From: Candidatus Latescibacterota bacterium | GTDB lineage: Bacteria; Latescibacterota; UBA2968; UBA8231 | DNA: 64,000 bases | Direction: 5' to 3' | Assembly: GCA_965208105.1 (NCBI GenBank) | Contig: OZ242318.1 | Span: forward strand, 2,528,001-2,592,000 | Shown here: one piece after another, positions 10,133 to 19,204 of the stretch | Numbering within the stretch: position 1 is the stretch's first letter | How the letters are laid out: every line of letters starts with the position of its first letter | The notes under the pieces: generated by a model | Seen by the model: only the letters and a program-made list of their open reading frames with translations | Database searches by the model: none | What the model was told of the DNA's origin: nothing | Program-made: the position numbers and the translations under genes

Positions 10133-10933
10133 CTAGGCGGCGGCGAGACTGGTTTTCACGATCTCTTTCACATGCTTGAAACCCTGAAACTCGATGAGCT
10201 CGCGGGTCTCCGGCAGCAGCCTTTCCAGAACTACGTCAGGAATGCTGGTGGCTCCCCCTTCGTTCTGTGGTTTGTAGCGAAGTACCAGCGTCCGGCGATC
10301 GCGATCAGGCTTCCAAGGCAGGGTTCCGTGGGTCAATAGCTCGGAGATGATGACGATATCCCCTGCCTTCGGGGTTATATTCACCACCCCTTCTGGAATC
10401 TCATCGGTAATCTTTCCGTCGGGATAGAACATCTCGAGGGGTCGATCGAACTCCGCTTTGTGTGAGCCCGGCAACACTATCAAACCGCCGTCGCCGGGAT
10501 TCACGTCGGTGAGATACGGGAACACTACCAGATCGTCGCAGAAAATCTGGCCATTCCTGACTTCGTAACGGGTGCTGGGCCAACCGAAATCCTCGCGGGC
10601 GCAGTGCAGGCGAGTTCCGTGCTGCTTGCGGTTCACCAGAAGGGTGCCATTGGAGAGTCTGGGTCGTTCTCGCGTCAGCTCGAGTATGATCGGCCAGCTG
10701 GCTGGATGCATGGTGAGCTTCTCCAGTGCTCGATCGAAAGCAAAGCCGTACTCGAACCGGTACCATCCGTCGTCCTTGTGGTCGATGTTGAAACCGGGTG
10801 GAACCTCGTCGGGTTTCGTGTTGACGTAGCGCTCTGCCGCCTCCTGCGCGGCCGCGAGATCCTCGGGCTCGATGCCTCCCCTGAGGTGGAGATAACCGAA
10901 GATGTCGAAGAAATATCGTTGTTCGGGGGTCAT
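10133..10933 (-). CDS. PhyH-family Fe(II)/2OG oxygenase, HCA variant
   Basis: MTPEQRYFFDIFGYLHL, LHCARED, PGSHK, ELLTHGTLPW. Confidence 0.85.
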   Translation of the reverse strand: MTPEQRYFFDIFGYLHLRGGIEPEDLAAAQEAAERYVNTKPDEVPPGFNIDHKDDGWYRFEYGFAFDRALEKLTMHPASWPIILELTRERPRLSNGTLLVNRKQHGTRLHCAREDFGWPSTRYEVRNGQIFCDDLVVFPYLTDVNPGDGGLIVLPGSHKAEFDRPLEMFYPDGKITDEIPEGVVNITPKAGDIVIISELLTHGTLPWKPDRDRRTLVLRYKPQNEGGATSIPDVVLERLLPETRELIEFQGFKHVKEIVKTSLAAA

Positions 10934-10943
10934 GGTCTCCTGC

Positions 10944-11747
10944 TTAGGCAGCGGGTCTGCTCTTGTTCACGATCTTTTTTATGGTGTTGAAACCCTCTTC
11001 GGCTAGCAGCTCGCGCGTCTCCGGCAGCAACCGTTCCTGCACCGGCTCGGGTATGATAGTGGCGCCTCCCAGGTGCTGCGGCCGATAGCGGAGAACCAAC
11101 GTGCGGCGGTCGCGATCTGGCTTCCAGGTGAGGGTACCGTGGGTCAATGCTTCGGAGATGATGACGATGTCCCCCGCCTTCGGCGTGATATTCACGATGC
11201 CGTCGGGAATCTCGTCGGTGATCCTATCCTCGTCGTAAAACATGCCGGGCGGACGCACGAACGACGCCTTGTGGGACCCCGGCAGCACGACCAAACCGCC
11301 GTCGCCGGGATTCACGTCGGTGAGATACGGAAACACCACCAGGTTGTCGCAGAAGATCCGGCCGTCCTTGACCAGATAGTGGGTGCGCGGCCAGGCGATG
11401 TCCTCCTCCCGCGCGCAATGCAGGTGCGATCCCGGATCCACGCGATTCACCAGCAGCGTGCCGTTCATCAGCCGCGGGCGATCCTGGGTGAGCTCGCAGA
11501 CGACGGGAAAGCTGGCCGAGTGCATGGCGAGCTTCTCCAGGGGCCGATCGAAGGCGAAGCCAAACTGAAAAAGGAGAAAGCCTTCCGACGGCTCTTTGAT
11601 GCCGAACCCGGACGGCATCTCATCCGGCGGGGTCCTGACGTACCGTTCCGCGGCTTCCTGAGCCGCCTTCAAGTCATCCGGCTCAATGGCTCCCTTGAGG
11701 TGGAGGTAGCCAAAGACATCGAAGAAGTACCGTTGTTCAGGAGTCAT
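10944..11747 (-). CDS. PhyH-family Fe(II)/2OG oxygenase, HCA variant (tandem paralogue)
   Basis: MTPEQRYFFDVFGYLHL, LHCAREED, PGSHK, EALTHGTLTW. Confidence 0.85.
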   Translation of the reverse strand: MTPEQRYFFDVFGYLHLKGAIEPDDLKAAQEAAERYVRTPPDEMPSGFGIKEPSEGFLLFQFGFAFDRPLEKLAMHSASFPVVCELTQDRPRLMNGTLLVNRVDPGSHLHCAREEDIAWPRTHYLVKDGRIFCDNLVVFPYLTDVNPGDGGLVVLPGSHKASFVRPPGMFYDEDRITDEIPDGIVNITPKAGDIVIISEALTHGTLTWKPDRDRRTLVLRYRPQHLGGATIIPEPVQERLLPETRELLAEEGFNTIKKIVNKSRPAA

Positions 11748-12032
11748 CAGTCGATTTTTCCTCAGGACCCTGCGAATGGCTGCGGAGCGAACGGCCGGCA
11801 TGCCTGGTCGGCAGAGATCGCCCAGGGCCAATAAGGTGGAGCCATATAAGCAAAGTTATAAAACAATGGATGCAAATCCGACCGGGACCGTTGCCGCTTC
11901 ATTGCGGACGTCGGCACCGGGGACCGACCAACTGCTTCAACTACTGGTCCGGGTCAACGCAGTGCCTATTTTTTGGTTCGCTTCCCGATCGCGTCAGGAG
12001 GCCCGCTCAACGACCCCAACAGGATCGACGCC

Positions 12033-12156
12033 ATGAAAATCGAACAGCAGCCTCAGCTTCCGAAGACCCTTCGTCCAATCGTCTGTATTGGCGGTGGTGG
12101 CATCATGCGCGATGCCCACCTGCAGGCCTACCGAAAATCAGGTTTTCCAGTAGAAG
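12033..12156 (+). pseudogene. 5' fragment of a Gfo/Idh/MocA oxidoreductase
   Basis: MKIEQQPQLPKTLRPIVCIGGGGIMRDAHLQAYRKSGFPVE, cut exactly at GAAG|oriIS. Confidence 0.75.
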
Positions 12157-12575
12157 TATAGGTAAAATGAGGCACCTTTTTGGCCCTCTTGTCAATGCGC
12201 CGAACACACCCAAGGGGCACAGGGTAAGCTTGCTGATGATCGTTTGCAGGTCGTTGGGCAGGGCTCGCAGTACGGTTTGGTTGTCTGTGGACCCGTATCG
12301 GGTCCAATCCGGTACTCGATGAGGCCCTTCAGGACGCACTTCTCCCTACGGCTCTCGGCGCAGGGAGCGAATCGCGGAGGAGATCAGGCGGCGAACTCGA
12401 ACTGCGGCTGCGGCGGGGCCCTCGGCGGAGGCACCGCCGGCAGCCCTATGCCCTCCAAATAGGTCCGGATCGAGGCCGGATCGGTCAGGGCGGCGACGAT
12501 CCTCAGGCGCCCGCCACAGGTCGCGCATGCGCTGAGGTCGGAGGAAAACACCCGCGCCAGCAGGGCCGCCCACCC
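12157..12575 (-). mobile_element. IS91/ISCR remnant copy 3 (227-bp module + about 190 bp transposase tail)
   Basis: GWAALLARVFSSDLSACATCGGRLRIVAALTDP…RAPP is the IS91/ISCR transposase C-terminus. Confidence 0.92.
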
Positions 12576-12595
12576 GTGCTCGCGTCCGAGTCTGC

Positions 12596-15124
12596 TCAGC
12601 GCAACAGGAGCATCTTGCGGACTTGTGACCGTGAGCCGGCGTGCAGGCGGGCAAAGTACACCCCCGTAGCCAAGTCGTGGCCGCGGGAGTCGGCCCCGTC
12701 CCATGTCGCATGATGAACGCCGGCTTCGAGCAACCCGCTGCGCAACACTCGCACTTGCTGGCCCTGCAGATTGTAGATTGTCAGCTCTGCCCACATCGGT
12801 GCCGGCAAGGCAAAGCGGATCTTGGTTGCCGGATTGAACGGGTTGGGGCTGTTGGCGTCGAGCTGGAACGACCGCGGATTTGTGGCGGTGTCGGTGATCG
12901 ACGTCGGCCGCACGCGATCGGCATCGGGCGGCAACTCAGCGAAGAAGACATCATCGAAATAGACCTCGTCGCCCTTGCCAAGGCCGTACATTTCCAAGAA
13001 GATGAACGCGTGGCTGTTTACCGCAGTGAACTCCGGCACCACCAGCTGTGTCCATTCGCCATCCGAATTCTCCCACGAAACGTAGATGTCGTAATCGCCA
13101 CTGGCCTGGTAGAGGCCGATGCGTCCATACGACACCGCGCAATTGGCCTTCACCCACAACCGCGCGGTGTACTTCTTTCCCGGGGTGATCGGAATATTGG
13201 ACCTGCTCCAGCGGCCCTTGTTGGTCGAACCGTCGCGATAGACAATTCTGAACGACTTGTCGCCGGTATGCCCCGATCCAGAGGGCGTGTCAATCGTATA
13301 AGACCCACCCTGTATTCTTTCGGCCGACCAACCCATCGAGCCGCGTTCGGCGCCGGGATTGATCACCAGATTCTCCCCGATGCCGGGTATCGTGGCTGGA
13401 TCGACAGATATCGACTTCAGCCTGTCAAAGATCTCCTGCTCCGCCTGCACCGCATCGATATTGCTTTTTGAGCCTCCGCGCGCAGTTGCTGCCGCCTCAT
13501 CGAGGTGACGCTGCAGGCCGCCCATGGCATCGCGAAGGGCGGCAGGAAAGAGCTGGTAGGCGGAGGTATACATCGCCAGCGACGGCATGTTGCTCCGCAG
13601 GGTCGTCTCGTAGAGCGCATGGTAGGCCATCATGCTCGCCGCCGCCGGGCCGTACATCCTGGCGCTGTAATCGTCGAGAAGACCGTCATACCCGAGCGCT
13701 GTATCCCAGCCGCACTGGGCCAGAGCGTAGGCCGGCAGCCGCAGGCTGTCCCAGTGCCGGGGCTGCGTTTCCGCCACGATCCCTTTGAGTCCTGCTTCGA
13801 GCAGCTCCGGGTATTCCTCGCACAAGGTGCGGGCGATGGGCGATGGTGCGTAATCGACGCCCGAAAAGTAGTAGTATTCGTAGAGCGTCACGTGCTTGGC
13901 CTTGTTCAGCCAGCCCCGTAACTGCCGCATGATCGGGGCATTGCTCGGGTCGCTAGGGTCGGTGAGTTTTTTCAGGAAATTCCGGCCGGTGGTGGTCAAC
14001 CGGATCGCCACGTTGGGCGACACCTCGATGTCCGCCGGCTCGCGGTAATTGTCGTAGGCCAATGTCAGGAACAGCTTGTCAGGATATTCCTCCGCCAAGG
14101 CATCGGCCACCGTATTGACCAGCCGGATCAGACGATTGGAGTAGATCGCCGTACCCTGCTGGTCGCCGTCCCACGCCAGGCAGTCCGGGTTCTGGCACCA
14201 TCCGTAGCTGCCATCATTCGGAATGATGCCGAATGTTGTTAGCGTCGGATAAGCATCGAAGAGACCCCGCGCCTTGTCGATGATCACCTGTGCAACACCG
14301 GGTTGGGAAACACAGATCTGCATGTTGACGCTGTTCGAGCCGCTGCATTGTCGCTTGCCGCCGATCTCGGGGAAATATTCTGGATGGCTGTCGAAATACT
14401 CGTCGCACGGAACCAGCCAGTGAAAGGTGTGCTGGCCGCCGTCCGGATCGATGCCGCGCGCCGCCAGGCGGCCGGCTACCGAGCCCATGTGATACGGCAA
14501 CGTCGGCTTGTAGTTGAGCCGGTTGTGGGACATCCAGGCGACGATGCGATTTTCGTAATGGGGACCATCGACCTCACCGCCGATATGCAGACCTCGAAAG
14601 TCAAAATCGGGTGGTTCCCGGGTCATGTATATCTCGTCCACCGCAACCGTGGTCTGAAGCGGACCCAGCCGCATCGGACCACTGTCGTACGCCGGCCAGG
14701 AAACCTTCAGCACCTGCTCACAGAAGTCCATCGTTGCCCACATCACCTCGCGGTGCTCGCGGCCCACGATGTTAATGTCATCGCCCGAGCGGAATACGCT
14801 GATGTCCTGGTCGGCGGGAATGTCTATACCTGTTTCCGCAAATGCTTCCACGGTGCCCAGCCGAATTTCAGCCAAGCCGTCGATAGGACCGGTCTCCGGC
14901 CGCACGCCCGTCGCCGCTTCGAAGGCATCCGTCAGCTTGCGTGCGGCATAGGTTTCGACGGTGCGATAGCCGTACAGACGGCTGGGCTCGTCTCCGAGAA
15001 TGACGATGCAAACGTTGCTCCGGCCATTGTCGATCAGGGTAAGAGGTTCGGGAAAGGTGGGGGAAACCACGGTCAGAAGCGCAACCAATGAGCCGAAGGC
15101 AATGAGTCTGCTGTTCCTCAACAT
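12596..15124 (-). CDS. Secreted DUF4838-like glycoside hydrolase + CBM-like domain + FlgD/T9SS-like C-terminal domain
   Basis: Signal peptide; HTFHWLVP…YFDSHPEYF, PNDG…WC, LAY; NLVINPGAE; NSPNPFNP…WDG…GVYF…RKMLLLR. Confidence 0.75.
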   Translation of the reverse strand: MLRNSRLIAFGSLVALLTVVSPTFPEPLTLIDNGRSNVCIVILGDEPSRLYGYRTVETYAARKLTDAFEAATGVRPETGPIDGLAEIRLGTVEAFAETGIDIPADQDISVFRSGDDINIVGREHREVMWATMDFCEQVLKVSWPAYDSGPMRLGPLQTTVAVDEIYMTREPPDFDFRGLHIGGEVDGPHYENRIVAWMSHNRLNYKPTLPYHMGSVAGRLAARGIDPDGGQHTFHWLVPCDEYFDSHPEYFPEIGGKRQCSGSNSVNMQICVSQPGVAQVIIDKARGLFDAYPTLTTFGIIPNDGSYGWCQNPDCLAWDGDQQGTAIYSNRLIRLVNTVADALAEEYPDKLFLTLAYDNYREPADIEVSPNVAIRLTTTGRNFLKKLTDPSDPSNAPIMRQLRGWLNKAKHVTLYEYYYFSGVDYAPSPIARTLCEEYPELLEAGLKGIVAETQPRHWDSLRLPAYALAQCGWDTALGYDGLLDDYSARMYGPAAASMMAYHALYETTLRSNMPSLAMYTSAYQLFPAALRDAMGGLQRHLDEAAATARGGSKSNIDAVQAEQEIFDRLKSISVDPATIPGIGENLVINPGAERGSMGWSAERIQGGSYTIDTPSGSGHTGDKSFRIVYRDGSTNKGRWSRSNIPITPGKKYTARLWVKANCAVSYGRIGLYQASGDYDIYVSWENSDGEWTQLVVPEFTAVNSHAFIFLEMYGLGKGDEVYFDDVFFAELPPDADRVRPTSITDTATNPRSFQLDANSPNPFNPATKIRFALPAPMWAELTIYNLQGQQVRVLRSGLLEAGVHHATWDGADSRGHDLATGVYFARLHAGSRSQVRKMLLLR

Positions 15125-15164
15125 GGCGATGTCCTGGGAGCGAGGGCGCTGGGGCCGGGAGAAG

Positions 15165-15459
15165 TATAGGTAAAATGAGGCACCTTTTTGGCCCTCTTGT
15201 CAATGCGCCGAACACACCCAAGGGGCACAGGGTAAGCTTGCTGATGATCGTTTGCAGGTCGTTGGGCAGGGCTCGCAGTACAGTTTGGTTGTCTGTGGGC
15301 CCGTATCGGGTCCAATCCGGTACTCGATGAGGCCCTTCAGGACGCACTTCTCCCTACGGCTCTCGGCGCAGGGAGCGAATAGCGGATGAGATCAGGCGGC
15401 GAACTCGAACTGCGGCTGCGGCGGGGCCTCGGCGGAGGCACCGCCGGCAGCCCTATGCC
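15165..15459 (-). mobile_element. IS91/ISCR remnant copy 4 (227-bp module + about 68 bp tail)
   Basis: Repeat match; GAAG flank; oriIS lies 40 bp upstream of the 842-aa gene start. Confidence 0.9.
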
Positions 15460-15634
15460 GGCACCGTAAGGTGCGGTCGCACTGTTTGAAGACGATCCGC
15501 CGGAGCCACGGGGCGAAAGCCGCCGCGCCGTAGACCTTTTCCTGCCCGGCGAAAGCCTCGACGAACGCTTCCGGGGCCGCATCCTCGGCCAGGTGGAAAT
15601 CGCCGAGCACCGCCCCGGCGTACCCCACGGCCAT
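15460..15634 (-). pseudogene. ECF sigma-70 region-2 fragment
   Basis: MAVGYAGAVLGDFHLAEDAAPEAFVEAF…FAPWLRRIVFKQCDR. Confidence 0.7.
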
Positions 15635-15740
15635 GAAGCTGTTTCGTTTGGGCGTTTCGTGGCAAAAAACGGTATGGTAGGCGCGTTTTCATTTTCCCCC
15701 AGCATCCAAGTCAACCCCGTAGCATGCGATCCATAGGCCA

Positions 15741-17246
15741 TCAGACAAACTGAATGGTGTACAGGCAGACGCTGCGCATGTCCAGACGCAGGCGCACCGG
15801 CTCACCCTGCAGGCGCGACAGGTCCGCCCCTTCCCAGGACACCTCGTTAACCCCGCTCTCCAGAACGGTGGTTGAATTCTCGAAGGTGAAGCCCTCGATC
15901 GGGGCCCCCGACTGGTCTGCCAGGGCCGCGCGCACCTCGCACTCGTCGAAATTCCTCACCTCCCTGGGAAGCGCTTCCCCTATCGCCGCATCCACATCGA
16001 TGAGCAGCTTCGAACCCTCGAAGGTCAAGGGATGGGTGGTGATCCGCGCCTGCTTCGGTCCGGCCAGCAGGCCGGCCCAGCGGTCCTCGGGCAGGGTGGC
16101 CAGGGCGATGTTCGTCTCGCAGGTATCGCTGAGCCGCGTCGGGTTTTCGGCATGGGCGCCGCTGTATCCGGTGTAGTAGATCCAGATCTGGCCGTCCTGC
16201 ACGATCGGTCCCGACGGCAGCAGGTATCCCGCGTCGTAGGTGCCGATCTCGCCGCGCCCGAGGAAGGGCACGTGGCGGTCGACCCAGTTCCAGTGGAAGC
16301 CGTCGCGGCTGCTCATCAGGAACACGTCCCACACCTGGTCGTGGGTCTTGTGGATCATCAGGAAGCCGACGTAGAACTCGCCGCAGAACCCGGCCGTGAA
16401 GTACTGGTACTGGTGATCGACCCGGTCGCCGTCGTCAGGCGCCAGCATGATCCGCGTCGGCGTCCAGTGCTCGAAGTCGTCGCTCTCGGCGTAGCCCACG
16501 GTGCGGATGTGGCGATGGTGGCCGCTGCCGTCGATCTCGTGGGTGAGTGGGTGGCCGGGGCGGAAGTAGCCGACATACTTCTGCTTCTTCGGATCCCAGC
16601 CCAGCACGGTGGAGGCGTCGGCCACGTCGGTGGGGTACTGCACCACCGCCTGGTTGTTGTAAGTCCAGTGCAGGCCGTCGGGGGAATAGGCGTTCACCAT
16701 ACCGCCGGGGGGCTGATGGCCGCCCGGACCGTGCATCTCGCCCTGCGCCTTGTAGCGGCGCTGCGGGTCCGGATCGCGGGGATCCTTGAAGACGTTGTAG
16801 TAGTTGGGTTCACCCGCGTCGCCGCCCCGGCGGAGCATGTCGACGATATTGTTCTGCCTCGAGTCTTCGAACTCGATCAACCCCAGATCGGGCTTTTGCC
16901 AGTAGAAGCCGTCGGTCGACGTGGCGTAGCACCAGGGCCGGCGGCCATCGGGGAGGGCGGATGGCAGGTACCACATCTTGAAGAGGTTCTCTTCTTCGTC
17001 GTAGAGGACCGTCTGACCTACGAGCTGCACATCTCCAGTCTTGCCGCGGCCTCTGCCCTCCTCCCAGGGCCGGTCTGCCACCATGATGGGATTGCCGGCG
17101 TGCTTGTTGGGCCGGAACATGTAGTGGGAGATGCGGCTGGCTTCGTCGATGAGCAGGTCGTCGAGGAAATGCTGCTTGCGCTTGCCGATGTCGACGATGC
17201 CGGCTGCCGGGGTGGAGGCGGGTTCTATCATGGATCCGGTTTTCAT
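15741..17246 (-). CDS. Five-bladed beta-propeller glycoside hydrolase-like protein
   Basis: QHFLDD, FKMWY, YATSTDGFYWQKPDLG, YSPDGLHW, SSRDGFHW; paralogue of 1366-2847. Confidence 0.7.
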   Translation of the reverse strand: MKTGSMIEPASTPAAGIVDIGKRKQHFLDDLLIDEASRISHYMFRPNKHAGNPIMVADRPWEEGRGRGKTGDVQLVGQTVLYDEEENLFKMWYLPSALPDGRRPWCYATSTDGFYWQKPDLGLIEFEDSRQNNIVDMLRRGGDAGEPNYYNVFKDPRDPDPQRRYKAQGEMHGPGGHQPPGGMVNAYSPDGLHWTYNNQAVVQYPTDVADASTVLGWDPKKQKYVGYFRPGHPLTHEIDGSGHHRHIRTVGYAESDDFEHWTPTRIMLAPDDGDRVDHQYQYFTAGFCGEFYVGFLMIHKTHDQVWDVFLMSSRDGFHWNWVDRHVPFLGRGEIGTYDAGYLLPSGPIVQDGQIWIYYTGYSGAHAENPTRLSDTCETNIALATLPEDRWAGLLAGPKQARITTHPLTFEGSKLLIDVDAAIGEALPREVRNFDECEVRAALADQSGAPIEGFTFENSTTVLESGVNEVSWEGADLSRLQGEPVRLRLDMRSVCLYTIQFV

Positions 17247-17374
17247 TGGATTGGCTCCTCTGCGTGATGCCCCCTATGGCATGGACCGAAGAAGGGACGT
17301 TGTCTGTTGTCTGGGTCGTGCCGGCGCCAGCCGAAGACGCGGCCAGCCGGCGGGTGCGCAAACGGGCAATGTTC

Positions 17375-18112
17375 CTAACGGTCGAATGACTCCAACTGGT
17401 CAGGTACTAGTCGACAATGATCTCCCAGGCGCTCCCGGATGTCCTCACCCAGGGAGCCTGCGATTTCATACTGCGGCCGCGTATTCGGGCAGCTGAACCC
17501 GAGGTGAATCGCCCGTCTGGGCGACGAAGAAAAGTTCGCCCGTCCACCGTGCCAGACGTCTCCATGCAGTATGATCGCGGATCCCGCGGGACAGGTGGCA
17601 TATATCTCTCCAGGAATATCCGCCTTGGGATCTGAGACCACGTCTCGCGGCCAGGGGCCTTTGTGCGAGCCAGGAACGAGACGAGTTGCTCCGTTTTCCT
17701 TCGTCATCTCATCGATGGCCCAGACGACATTCAGATAGCCCGTGCAATTGGGGAAAAACGATCGATCGGCATGAATGGCCTGATGAGGACGGGGATCGCC
17801 CGGTATGGGATCGTGGAAATTCATCGCTTGCCAACGCACATCGCTCCCAATCTCTACTTGGGCGGATTCCAGCGCGAGTGGATCGGTGGCCAATTCCGCC
17901 AGCGAATCACCCTTGCCAATGAGGTTGCACAATCGCCGAACACCAGGCTGACTTGATCCTTCCGAGCCCGCCAGGTCACCCTCAAAGACGTACCTGTTCT
18001 CCAGCTCCTCTCGCAGTGCTTCCAGCCGTCCTTCTGTCAGCCAGCATTCCACGATCAGGTAGCCGTGCTCCAGGTAAAACTCCCATTGATGTGAGGATAT
18101 CATCTCATCCAT
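17375..18112 (-). CDS. PhyH-family dioxygenase (HAD motif)
   Basis: HGYLIVE, IHADRS, NGATRLVPGSH, VWHGG; start uncertain. Confidence 0.8.
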   Translation of the reverse strand: MDEMISSHQWEFYLEHGYLIVECWLTEGRLEALREELENRYVFEGDLAGSEGSSQPGVRRLCNLIGKGDSLAELATDPLALESAQVEIGSDVRWQAMNFHDPIPGDPRPHQAIHADRSFFPNCTGYLNVVWAIDEMTKENGATRLVPGSHKGPWPRDVVSDPKADIPGEIYATCPAGSAIILHGDVWHGGRANFSSSPRRAIHLGFSCPNTRPQYEIAGSLGEDIRERLGDHCRLVPDQLESFDR

Positions 18113-18196
18113 GTGCCTGGACTTCAGCCAATCCGGCGACTCGGGAAACGCGTCGAGGCGGAGCGGTGCTGGCAAATCCTCATCTTGAATGGATTC

Positions 18197-18687
18197 CTAA
18201 AGCAGGCTGTCCAATACTTCCGCATAGAGCATTTCTGCTCGAACGACGCATTTTTCAGGGAGTGGACCGGTCGTGCCACCACATTTTTCGCGTAATCTGG
18301 TAAAACCTTCTATCTCATAAGCCGCGGGTCGAAAGTTGTGTTCTGGTGGTACCGGTTGCCAGAATGCTTTCATCATGCGACTAGCAATTCGCGTATTTTC
18401 TTCGTCATCGAGGTACAGGCCCAGTGGCAGACCAGGACGGGCACGTTCGAGCATGAGCGTGCCCGATTCTTCATCGTAGTCGAGTAATTGAACGGCGCTA
18501 TTTCCATCACAAAGTTGCAGCGCATGGCATTCATTTTGTTCATTCTCCAATCTTTGAACGGGCGAGTTAATTTTGAGAATTACTTCCTGGCCGTCGGCGC
18601 GCCTTGCAGGTGCAATGTAGCTATAAGACATTTCGACATGTTCTTCGGTCATAGGTGCTTCCATGCGAAGTTCCCAGCGTTTCGAAG
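18197..18687 (-). pseudogene. Internal fragment of an aminoglycoside/hydroxyurea resistance kinase (APH(6)-like)
   Basis: MSYSYIAPARRADGQEVILK…LMLERARPG; lacks both the N-terminus and the catalytic HGD region. Confidence 0.7.
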
Positions 18688-19204
18688 TATAGGTAAAATG
18701 AGGCACCTTTTTGGCCCTCTTGTCAATGCGCCGAACACACCCAAGGGGCACAGGGTAAGCTTGCTGATGATCGTTTGCAGATCGTTTTACAGGGCTCGCA
18801 GTAGGGTTGGATAGCCTGTGGGCCCGTAGCGGGTCCAATCCCGTACTCGATGAGGCCCTTCAGGACGCACTTCTCCCTACGGCTCTCGGCGCAGGGAGCG
18901 AATCGCGGATGAGATCAGGCGGCGAACTCGAACTGCGGCTGCGGCGGGGGCCTCGGCGGCAGCCCTACCCCCTCCAGATAGGTCCGGATCGGTCAGGGCG
19001 GCGACGATCCTCAGGCGCCCGCCACAGGTCGCGCCTGCGCTGAGGTCGGAGGAAAACACCCGCGCCAGCAGGGCCGCCCACCCCAGGCGATGGGTGCAGG
19101 ACGGAGCGCTCGTATCGCCGTCCGCCGCCGGCTCGGCAACCGGCTTGGCCGGCACGATGCGGCCGCGGTCGCGGGCACGGGGGGCCAGGACCCCGTGGTA
19201 GCGC
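18688..19204 (-). mobile_element. IS91/ISCR remnant copy 5 (227-bp module + about 290 bp tail with two micro-deletions)
   Basis: RYHGVLAP…GWAALLARVF; 12-bp and 11-bp deletions relative to copy 6; diverged segment 18781-18842. Confidence 0.9.

Noticed and set aside
10133-11747. Similar PhyH paralogues as a DGR template/variable repeat pair
   Set aside because: Both are full ORFs that differ at all base types, and no reverse transcriptase is present.
15165-15203. Outward promoter in the oriIS module (perfect TTGACA on the minus strand)
   Set aside because: The hexamer at 17-bp spacing is CCTCAT and the TATACT at the junction is 29 bp away, so a canonical sigma70 promoter is not supported. It remains open experimentally.
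6595-18838. Repeated ORFs 'MRPEGPHRVPDWTRYG…RCLILPIL' and 'HQQAYPVPLGC…HFTYTS' read as a conserved leader peptide or diversified fusion proteins
   Set aside because: They are read-through frames of the non-coding module into arbitrary flanks, with no RBS and inconsistent frame relative to the cargo genes.
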